Assembly: GCA_016206565.1 (NCBI GenBank) | Contig: JACQRG010000061.1 | Location: 1 to 39,350 of the forward strand | Direction: 5' to 3' | Source of the DNA: Candidatus Omnitrophota bacterium | GTDB lineage: Bacteria > Omnitrophota > Gorgyraeia > Aquiviventales > Aquiviventaceae | DNA length: 39,350 bases | In this document: positions 32,525 through 39,350 of the stretch, in pieces | Layout of the letters: each line of letters begins with the position of its first letter | How positions within the stretch are numbered: the first letter of the stretch is position 1 | Made by a program: the position numbers and the translations under genes | Notes under the pieces: generated by a model | Told to the model about the DNA's origin: nothing | Database searches by the model: none | Seen by the model: only the letters and a program-made list of their open reading frames with translations

Positions 32525-34581
32525 TGGAGGCCTTCTCCGAAGCCGAAGGCTCCTGGGGCCTGCCCGCCTCCGGCCAACGGCTCTTCGCGCGCCTCCTCAT
32601 CCCTGAGCCGTCGCAAGCCCTTCTTATCTTGGTGCATGGGTTCGGCGACCATGGCGGCCGCCACCTGGGCATGGCGCGGTGGCTCGCGCAGCAGGGCCTC
32701 GCCGTCGCCGTCCCGGATTTGCCTGGGCATGGCCGATCCGAAGGCCCCCGCGGACATCTGCCCTCCCTGGCGGCCTGCGTTGAGGGCTTGTCGCTGGCGG
32801 CGCGCCAGCGCTGGATGGCGGATGCCGGCCAGCCGCGGTTCAGCATCTTCGGCCATAGCTTCGGCGGGCTGGTGGCGGCCTCCTGGGTCCTGCGCCGGCC
32901 GGAGAGCCTTCATCGGGCGGTGCTGCAGGCGCCGCTGTTTGAAGCGGGCTTTCCCATCCCGGGCTGGAAGCGGGCCGCTGCCGCGGCACTCGGGCGCTGG
33001 TGGCCCTCGGCGCGCCTCTCGGTCGGTCTGGATCCTCAGTACCTGAGCCATGATCCGGCCGTGGTCGAGGCCTACCGGCGGGATCCCTTGGTGCAGCATG
33101 CGATGAGCGCCGGCACCTACCGTGATATGCTCCAAACCCGCGACGAGGCGCTGGCCCAGGCCCCTCAGGTGCGTGTTCCCGTCCTGCTGCTGTGCGCCGG
33201 AGATGACCGGGTTGTCTCCACGCCCGCGGCCCAGCGCTGGTTCGCCGGCCTGCGAGGCGAGAAGCGCGTCCAGCTGTTTCCCGGCGCCTACCACGAGCTC
33301 CACCACGAGCCGGTGCGTGAGCAGGCCTGGAAGCTGGTGAAAGAGTGGATCGTGGCCCTGGGGCTGCTGGTCGCCTGCGCCGGGACCGGCTGGGCGCAGC
33401 CGCAGGAGGGCGCGTCCGGCGCCACCGACTGGCCCGCGATGATCACCAAGCTGCGGGGCGAGGTGCACGACCACCCGGGGTTCGGCCGCCTGCGCGAGCA
33501 GCTGGCCACCGCGCATAACAACTACGGGGTCCAGCTGGCCTCAGCAGGGCAGTGGCGGCTGGCCCAGGAGCAGCTGCAGCAGGCCATCGAGCTCGACGGC
33601 GGCAACGAGCAATTCCGCCAGAACCTGGCCAGCGTTTACCTGCGCGAGGCGCAGCAGCTCTACGAGCAGCGCCAGGGCCGCGACGCCAGGACGCGGGCCG
33701 AGGAGGCGGTGAAGGTGAACCCGCAGCTCGCACAGGGCTATGCGCTCATCGGGCAGATCGAATATGAGGACCAACGCCTGAAGGAGGCCAGGGCGGCCTG
33801 GCAGCAGGCGCTGCAGCTGGATCCGGCGTTGACCGAACTGGCCGACCGGCTCTCCCGCCTCGATGAGGAGCTGCCGGTGGAGTCCGGCTTCCAGCGCATC
33901 TCGCAGGCGTTTTTCGATCTGCGCTACGAGGAACAGTTGGAGCGTCCGGTGGGATTTGACATCCGCGATGCGCTGCTGGAAGCGCGGCGCACCGTCGGCG
34001 GCGATTTCGCCTATTGGCCCAAGCACAAGATCGTGGTGCTGTTGTACAGCGCGGAGATCTTCCGCCAGCTGCGCCAGGAAACGCCGGAGTGGGTCGCGGG
34101 GCAGTACGACGGGAAGATCCGCATCCCGCTGCCGAATACGCACCTCGACGAGGGGATGGTCAAGCAGATCCTCTTCCACGAGTACACCCACGCCGTGGTG
34201 CACGACCTGGCACGGGATAAGTGCCCGGTGTGGTTCAACGAGGGGCTGGCGGAGCACGAGGGCGCCCGGCACGGCCCGCGCCGGCTGGAGCGGCTCATCG
34301 AGGCGTCGGCGACCAACGCTTTCATTCCGTGGGAGGAGCTGGACGGCGCCTTCTCGATGGCCCTGCCGGTCGAGCACGTGTCGCTGGCCTATCAGCAATC
34401 CCGCAGCATCGTGGCCTATCTGGTGGAGCGCTACGGGTTCTGGCGCATCCGCCGCCTCCTGGAGGCCCTTGCCGGCGGCGACGCGCTGCTGGAGGCCATG
34501 AGCCGCGAGTTCCGGACCAAGCCGGCCCGGCTCGAAGCCCAGTGGCGCGCCTGGCTGCCCGGCTTCCTGAAGTCCTCATGA
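32524..34581 (+). CDS. Apparent fusion: lysophospholipase/monoacylglycerol-lipase-type alpha/beta hydrolase + lipoprotein-like TM segment + TPR repeats + HExxH (peptidase MA-like) domain
   Basis: TGATG overlap with the ligase gene. The hydrolase part has LVHGFGDHGGRH, GHGRSEG, GHSFGG and YHELHHEP. The junction reads KEWIVALGLLVACAGTGW. TPR-like helices follow, then the metalloprotease motif HEYTHAVVHD ... FNEGLAEHE. There is no stop codon between the parts (685 codons). Confidence 0.75.
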   Translation: MEAFSEAEGSWGLPASGQRLFARLLIPEPSQALLILVHGFGDHGGRHLGMARWLAQQGLAVAVPDLPGHGRSEGPRGHLPSLAACVEGLSLAARQRWMADAGQPRFSIFGHSFGGLVAASWVLRRPESLHRAVLQAPLFEAGFPIPGWKRAAAAALGRWWPSARLSVGLDPQYLSHDPAVVEAYRRDPLVQHAMSAGTYRDMLQTRDEALAQAPQVRVPVLLLCAGDDRVVSTPAAQRWFAGLRGEKRVQLFPGAYHELHHEPVREQAWKLVKEWIVALGLLVACAGTGWAQPQEGASGATDWPAMITKLRGEVHDHPGFGRLREQLATAHNNYGVQLASAGQWRLAQEQLQQAIELDGGNEQFRQNLASVYLREAQQLYEQRQGRDARTRAEEAVKVNPQLAQGYALIGQIEYEDQRLKEARAAWQQALQLDPALTELADRLSRLDEELPVESGFQRISQAFFDLRYEEQLERPVGFDIRDALLEARRTVGGDFAYWPKHKIVVLLYSAEIFRQLRQETPEWVAGQYDGKIRIPLPNTHLDEGMVKQILFHEYTHAVVHDLARDKCPVWFNEGLAEHEGARHGPRRLERLIEASATNAFIPWEELDGAFSMALPVEHVSLAYQQSRSIVAYLVERYGFWRIRRLLEALAGGDALLEAMSREFRTKPARLEAQWRAWLPGFLKSS

Positions 34582-36314
34582 AACAGCATGAAATCGCGGC
34601 GATCTTCTCGCGGATGGCCGACCTGCTGGAGTTCAAGGGCGACAACCCGTTCCGGATTCGCGCCTACCGGCGCGCGGCCCAGAACCTCGAGAGCTTCAGC
34701 GGCGACCTGGAGACGCTGGGGGCGGCCGGGCGGCTGCGGGAGATCTCCGGCATCGGCGCGGACCTGGCCGAGAAGATTCAGGAGTACTGCGCGACCGGCG
34801 CGATCCAGGCCTTCGAGCGGCTCCAAGCCTCGGTGCCGCCCGGAGTGCTGCAGCTGCTCGAGGTGCCCGGGCTCGGCCCCAAGACCGCCAAGGTGCTCTC
34901 GCAGCAGCTGAAGGTGACGACCCTCGGACAGCTGGAGGACGCGGCGAAGCGCCACCGGCTGCAGACGCTGCCGGGCTTCAAGGCGCGCAAGGAGGAGAAC
35001 TTGCTCAAGGGCATCGCCATCGTGCGGCGCGGCCGGGAGCGCATGCACTTAGGGATCGCGCTGCCGCTGGCCAACGAGCTGCTGGCCTTCCTGCGCCGCG
35101 CGCCAGGTGTAGCCCGCGCGTCCGCCGCCGGCAGCCTGCGCCGGATGAAGGAGACCATCGGCGACCTCGACCTGCTGGTTGCCTCGGCCAAGCCGGCCGG
35201 GGTCATGCGCGCGTTCACGACCGCGCCGTTCTGCGCTCGGGTCCTGGCGGCGGGGACGACCAAGGCTTCCATCTTGACCCAGGACGGGCTCCAGGTGGAC
35301 CTGCGGGTGGTGGAGCCGGAGTGCTTCGGCGCGGCGCTGCAGTATTTCACCGGGTCCAAGGAGCACAACGTCCAGATCCGCGAGCTGGCGGCGCGGCGCG
35401 GCTTGAAGGTCAACGAGTACGGCGTCTTCAGGGCGGCCGGCAACCGGCGCCTGGCGGGCAGGGAAGAGGCGGACGTCTACAAGGCGCTGGGCCTGCCCTG
35501 GATCCCGCCGGAGCTGCGCGAGGCGCAAGGAGAGGTGGCGGCGGCCCAGGCCAAGCGCCTGCCCTCGCTCATCGAAACCGGAGACCTGCAGGGCGATTTC
35601 CACCTGCACACGACCTGGTCCGATGGCAGCAACCGGCTGGAGGAGATGGCCCAGGCCGCGCAGCGGCGCGGCTACCGCTATGCGGCGATCTGCGACCATT
35701 CGCCGTCGCTGAAAGTGGCGCACGGCATGAGCGCAGCGCGGCTGCGCCAGCAGATGCGCGAGATCCAAGCGCTCAACAAGCGCCTCAAGCGCCTGCGGCT
35801 GCTGATGGGCGCTGAGGTAGACATCCTCGGCGACGGCTCCATGGACTACCCGGATGAGGTCCTCGCCCAGCTGGATTTCGTCGTCGGCTCCATCCACAGC
35901 GGGTTTGGCCAGGGCAAGACCAGGCTGACCCAGCGCCTGCTCGCGGCCATGCGCAACCCGCATGTCACCGTCATCGGCCATCCGACCGGCCGGCTGATGG
36001 GCCAGCGCGAGGCGTATGAGGTTGACCTCGAGGCGGTCGCGCGGGCCGCGCGGGACACCGGCACGGCCCTGGAGATCAACGCCTACCCCAGGCGCCTGGA
36101 TTTGTGCGACGCCGCGGCGCGCCGGGCCAAGGACCTGGGCGCCATGCTGGCCATTTGCACGGACAGCCACAGCGTCGAGCAGCTGGAGCAAATCACGTTC
36201 GGGCTGGGCGTGGCGCGCCGGGCCTGGTGCGAGCCGGCGCATGTGCTCAATACCCGCAGCCTGGCCGCGCTGCAAGCCTGGGTGGCGCGCAAGCGGCGCC
36301 GGGTGGCCCGGTGA
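34578..36314 (+). CDS. polX: Family X DNA polymerase with C-terminal PHP phosphoesterase domain
   Basis: ATGA overlap. FKGDNPFRIRAYRRAA, HhH motifs (ISGIGADLAEKI; VPGLGPKTA), GSLRRMKETIGDLDLLV and PHP histidines (DFHLHTTWSDG, CDHS). Confidence 0.9.
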   Translation: MKQHEIAAIFSRMADLLEFKGDNPFRIRAYRRAAQNLESFSGDLETLGAAGRLREISGIGADLAEKIQEYCATGAIQAFERLQASVPPGVLQLLEVPGLGPKTAKVLSQQLKVTTLGQLEDAAKRHRLQTLPGFKARKEENLLKGIAIVRRGRERMHLGIALPLANELLAFLRRAPGVARASAAGSLRRMKETIGDLDLLVASAKPAGVMRAFTTAPFCARVLAAGTTKASILTQDGLQVDLRVVEPECFGAALQYFTGSKEHNVQIRELAARRGLKVNEYGVFRAAGNRRLAGREEADVYKALGLPWIPPELREAQGEVAAAQAKRLPSLIETGDLQGDFHLHTTWSDGSNRLEEMAQAAQRRGYRYAAICDHSPSLKVAHGMSAARLRQQMREIQALNKRLKRLRLLMGAEVDILGDGSMDYPDEVLAQLDFVVGSIHSGFGQGKTRLTQRLLAAMRNPHVTVIGHPTGRLMGQREAYEVDLEAVARAARDTGTALEINAYPRRLDLCDAAARRAKDLGAMLAICTDSHSVEQLEQITFGLGVARRAWCEPAHVLNTRSLAALQAWVARKRRRVAR

Positions 36315-36316
36315 CC

Positions 36317-37201
36317 ATGCCGGCCCTGCGGTCGGGGTTCGTCGGCCTGGTCGGCCGGCCGAACGTGGGCAAGTCCACGATGCTCAACTGGTTCGTGGGC
36401 GAGAAGGTTGCCATCGTCTCGCCCCATCCGCAGACCACGCGCCACCGCATCGCCGGGGTCCTGCACCGGCCGGGTGCGCAGGTCATCTTCCTCGACACCC
36501 CGGGGCTGCACAAACCCCAGCACGCCCTGGGGCGCTCCATGGTGGAAGCCGCAAAGGCCGTCCTGGAGGATGCCGACGTCCTGGTCGCCGTGATTGACGC
36601 GCGCGGCTTGACACCGGAGGACGAGCGGGTCTTCGAGCGGGTGCAGCGCTCGCGCCGTCCGGCGCTGCTGGCCATCAACAAGATTGACCTGGTGAAAAAG
36701 CCGCGGCTGCTGCCGCTGCTGGATGCCTGCGCGAAGCTCGGCGCGTTTGGCGAGTGCGTGCCGGTGTGCGCCAGAAGCGGCGAGCAGATGGAGCGGCTCC
36801 TCGAGCGCCTCATCCCGCTGCTGCCGGAAGGGCCGAGCTGGTACGAGCCGCATCAGCATACCGATCAGCGCGTGCAGCAGCGCATCGCCGAGCTCATCCG
36901 AGAGCCGATCCTCCTGGCGACCCGCCAGGAGGTGCCGCACGCCGTCGCGGTGCGGCTCGACGAGCTGGAGGAGGGCGACCGGCTCACGAGGATCAATGCG
37001 ACGATCCTGGTGGAGCGCGAGGGCCAGAAGGCCATCCTGATCGGCCGCGGCGGCCTGATGCTCAAGCGCATCGGCCAGGAGGCGCGCCGGCACATCGAGC
37101 AGCTGCTGGGGCACCAGGTCTACCTGCAGCTGTGGGTCAAGGTGGCCGAGGACTGGCGCGGCGACGAGCGGATGCTGCGCGAGCTGGGGTACCGGGGCTG
37201 A
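36317..37201 (+). CDS. era: GTPase Era
   Basis: GRPNVGKSTMLN, TTRHRI, DTPG, NKIDL and a C-terminal KH domain (VEREGQKAILIGRGGLMLKRIG). Confidence 0.95.
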   Translation: MPALRSGFVGLVGRPNVGKSTMLNWFVGEKVAIVSPHPQTTRHRIAGVLHRPGAQVIFLDTPGLHKPQHALGRSMVEAAKAVLEDADVLVAVIDARGLTPEDERVFERVQRSRRPALLAINKIDLVKKPRLLPLLDACAKLGAFGECVPVCARSGEQMERLLERLIPLLPEGPSWYEPHQHTDQRVQQRIAELIREPILLATRQEVPHAVAVRLDELEEGDRLTRINATILVEREGQKAILIGRGGLMLKRIGQEARRHIEQLLGHQVYLQLWVKVAEDWRGDERMLRELGYRG

Positions 37202-37223
37202 GCATGGCGCGGCAGCCCGCGGC

Positions 37224-37252
37224 TTGTTGAGCGGCGGCTTTTCCGCTACACT
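37224..37252 (+). promoter_or_regulatory. Sigma70-type promoter: TTGTTG - 17 nt - TACACT, ending 6 nt before the ATG (leaderless)
   Basis: The -10 is at 37247-37252 and the ATG at 37259. No SD is present in the 6-nt gap. Confidence 0.55.
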
Positions 37253-37258
37253 AGCCCT

Positions 37259-37708
37259 ATGACGCTCACCGAACGGATCGAAGCGGATTACAAGACAGCT
37301 TATAAGGCCGGTCAGCGCGTGCGCATTGATACGCTGCGGATGGTGAAGGCGGGCATCGAGCGCGCGGCAAGCGACCAGCGCAAGGAGCGGCTGGAGGACG
37401 CGGACGTGGTCCGCGTCCTGGCCCAGCAAGCCAAGCAGCGCAAGGAGACGCTGGAGGCGGCCAAAGCCTCCGGCCGGCAGGACGTGCTCGCACAGGCCAC
37501 CGAGGAGCTGCAGATCATCAACGGCTACCTGCCGCAGGCCCTGGGGCCGGAGGCGGTCAAGCCGCTGATCGAAGAAGCCCTCAAAGCGGTCGGGCCCAAC
37601 CAGGGCCAGATCATGAAGTACGTCATGAGCAAGGCGAAGGGTGCTGTGGACGGCAAGCTGGTCAGCCAGCTGGTGGGCGAGCGGCTCGCGCAGGCCAAGG
37701 CCGCGTGA
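37259..37708 (+). CDS. GatB/YqeY-domain protein
   Basis: YKTAYKAG...R..TLRMVKAGI and ELQIINGYLP...G.IMKYVM....G.VDGK.V are typical of YqeY. Confidence 0.85.
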   Translation: MTLTERIEADYKTAYKAGQRVRIDTLRMVKAGIERAASDQRKERLEDADVVRVLAQQAKQRKETLEAAKASGRQDVLAQATEELQIINGYLPQALGPEAVKPLIEEALKAVGPNQGQIMKYVMSKAKGAVDGKLVSQLVGERLAQAKAA

Positions 37709-37711
37709 GGC

Positions 37712-37972
37712 ATGGCCGCGCCCGCGCCGCGCAAGGGCCGCCCCAAGGCGGTCATCAACCCGGATAGCTGCACCGGCTGCGAGGTGTGCATCGCGGTCTG
37801 CCCGGTGGACTGCATTGACAAGCAGGCCGGGCCCATGGCGGAGTCCCCGATGTTCCAGTCCGTCTGCGTGATTGACCAGCCCAAGTGCATCGGCTGCTGG
37901 CTGTGCGAGAAGGTCTGTCCCTGGGACGCCATCAGCATGGTCCCGCCCCAAGAAGTCCCGGTGCCGGCATGA
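37712..37972 (+). CDS. 2x[4Fe-4S] ferredoxin
   Basis: Two CxxCxxCxxxCP motifs: CTGCEVCIAVCP and CIGCWLCEKVCP. Confidence 0.9.
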   Translation: MAAPAPRKGRPKAVINPDSCTGCEVCIAVCPVDCIDKQAGPMAESPMFQSVCVIDQPKCIGCWLCEKVCPWDAISMVPPQEVPVPA

Positions 37973-38352
37973 GCGAGAGCGAGGCAGGGAAGACCCCTAC
38001 CCCGGCGCCTGCCCCGACGCAGCCCGTGCAGGCCTCCATCGAAGACTTCCAGAAATTAGCCCTGCGCACCGGCGTCATTACGGCAGCACAGGACCACCCG
38101 AACGCCGACCGGCTGCTGGTGCTGACCGTGGATGTCGGGGACGCCGCGCCGCGCCAGGTCGTGGCCGGCATCAAAGGGTCCTACCAGGCCGCCGACCTCA
38201 TCGGCAAGCAGGTGGTCGTCGTGGCGAACATGAAACCGGCGACGCTGCGCGGCGTGGAAAGCCAGGGCATGGTCTTGGCCGCCTCGGGCGAGTCCGGCCT
38301 GGTCCTGGTCAGTCCGGAGAAGCCGACCCGGGCCGGCAGCGTGGTGAAATAA
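37969..38352 (+). CDS. tRNA-binding (OB-fold, CsaA/Trbp111/EMAP-like) domain protein
   Basis: ATGA overlap with the ferredoxin gene. F.KL.LRTGVI..A..HPNADRLLVLTVDVGD..PRQVVAGI and GK.VVVVANMKPATLRGVESQGMVLAA. Confidence 0.85.
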   Translation: MSESEAGKTPTPAPAPTQPVQASIEDFQKLALRTGVITAAQDHPNADRLLVLTVDVGDAAPRQVVAGIKGSYQAADLIGKQVVVVANMKPATLRGVESQGMVLAASGESGLVLVSPEKPTRAGSVVK

Positions 38353-38361
38353 CCGCCTTCC

Positions 38362-39249
38362 GTGCTGCTCACAGTTCTTGAAGTCGCCTTCCTCGCCGTC
38401 TTCTGGTCCTGGGCGCTCGCCGCCCTGGTCTTCCTGCGCAACACGCTCCTGCCCAAGCTCCCCCTGCAGCGCTCGCCCTCCGAGGTGGGCCTGGAGAGCG
38501 ACACCGTGCGATTTCCCGCAGCTGATGGGTTAGCGCTTGAGGGCTGGCGCGTGCCGGCGGCCGACCCTGAGGCGCCGTGGCTGATCCTCTGCCACGGGCT
38601 GGGTGCTAACCGGGCGGACCTGCTGGAGGTCGCCGCGGACCTGCATACACAAGGCTTCAACCTGCTCCTCTTCGACTTCCGCGGGCATGGCGGCAGCGCA
38701 GGCCGGGCGACCTCGTTCGGCTGGACCGAACAGATGGACCTGCAGGGTGCGCTGGCCTACCTGGGCGCCCAGCCGGAGATCCCGGCGCGGCTCTATGGCG
38801 TGTACGGCAGCTCCATGGGAGGGGTCGTAGGGCTGCTGGTGGCCGGGGAAGACGAGCGCATCGGGGCCATCGCCACCGACAGCACCTACGCCGATCTGGA
38901 CGAGTCCCTGAGGCGCCACCTGCGGCTGCTGTATCCGATCCTGCCGGCCGTGCCGTTCGCCTGGTACATCCTCTGGACCTACCGGCTGCGGTTCGGCCTC
39001 TGGCCGAGGCAGGTCTCGCCCAGGCAGGCGGCCGCCAAGCTCGGGGGACGGCCCTTGCTGGCCATCCAGGGGGAGTTGGACGTCCGGCTGCCGGCCGATG
39101 CAGCGCAGATACTGGCCAAGGCCGCAGGTGCTCGAGGCGAGGCATGGGTCGTGGAAGGTGCTGTGCACCTGGAAGGATCGGCGCTTCATCCAGGCGCCTA
39201 TGGGGATCGGTTGAGCACGTTCTTTAGGGGGGCGTTACAGGCCTACTGA
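38362..39249 (+). CDS. Membrane-anchored alpha/beta-fold hydrolase (paralog of 22575-23426)
   Basis: GTG start, N-terminal TM segment, LILCHGLGANR, DFRGHGGS, nucleophile elbow GSSMGG, and a shared segment DS.YA....RR.L.LLY..LPAVPFAW also seen in the ORF at 22575. Confidence 0.8.
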   Translation: MLLTVLEVAFLAVFWSWALAALVFLRNTLLPKLPLQRSPSEVGLESDTVRFPAADGLALEGWRVPAADPEAPWLILCHGLGANRADLLEVAADLHTQGFNLLLFDFRGHGGSAGRATSFGWTEQMDLQGALAYLGAQPEIPARLYGVYGSSMGGVVGLLVAGEDERIGAIATDSTYADLDESLRRHLRLLYPILPAVPFAWYILWTYRLRFGLWPRQVSPRQAAAKLGGRPLLAIQGELDVRLPADAAQILAKAAGARGEAWVVEGAVHLEGSALHPGAYGDRLSTFFRGALQAY

Positions 39250-39350
39250 CTGGCAACCGTGCGAGGCTTTATTTAACAGAAGATATCTTATAAGACATTA
39301 TTGAGCACAGCAAAATGGCTCTGGGCTGAGGGCTCCGGGCAATATCGAAA

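Noticed and set aside
36083-37951. 622-aa ORF on the minus strand
   Set aside because: It is antisense to era, yqeY and the ferredoxin gene. The composition is low-complexity and no family was recognised.

Overview
This is a high-GC (roughly two-thirds G+C by eye), very densely packed bacterial chromosomal segment. I could not identify any rRNA, tRNA, CRISPR array, transposase or integrase. About 45 protein genes are supportable, almost all on the + strand. They form long polycistronic runs in which adjacent genes share 1-4 nt start/stop overlaps (ATGA, TGATG, GTGA). The content is mostly housekeeping: trpC fragment, trpB, trpA, ruvX, rpe, phosphohexomutase, lepA, lepB, pgsA, der, plsY, aroB, era, PolX, mazG and HIT. 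Several markers (a TIGR04073-like exosortase-associated protein, a small-basic-protein-like ORF, a SPOR protein, two single-domain PilZ proteins) suggest an uncultivated PVC/Omnitrophota-like lineage; this lineage call is weak and from memory only. The few AT-rich patches stand out against the GC background and contain clear sigma70-type promoters, several of which end 6-12 nt before the start codon (leaderless or near-leaderless). The most interesting block is 21563-34581. It starts with one promoter, a small ORF and a tightly overlapped HIT - PilZ - alpha/beta-hydrolase operon. That operon ends in a large protein combining a cNMP-binding domain, a ParA/CpaE-like domain with a degenerate Walker A, and a patatin phospholipase carrying an inserted membrane hairpin. 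A complete beta-oxidation operon follows (thiolase, 3-hydroxyacyl-CoA dehydrogenase, crotonase, VLCAD-type acyl-CoA dehydrogenase, acyl-CoA ligase). It ends in a lysophospholipase that reads without a stop into a lipoprotein-like TPR + HExxH peptidase. I read this as a candidate nucleotide-second-messenger-gated phospholipid scavenging/catabolism system. No cyclase or CD-NTase is present in the window, so the signal source is unknown. A second notable locus is a ~30% GC island (20460-20860). It holds a strong extended -10 promoter, two AGAC-N4-GTCT inverted repeats (one inside an 18-bp perfect palindrome abutting the RBS), a 53-codon two-TM ORF absent from the supplied ORF track, and a clean intrinsic terminator. 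All functional calls rest on motif recognition by eye, and no database search was run.
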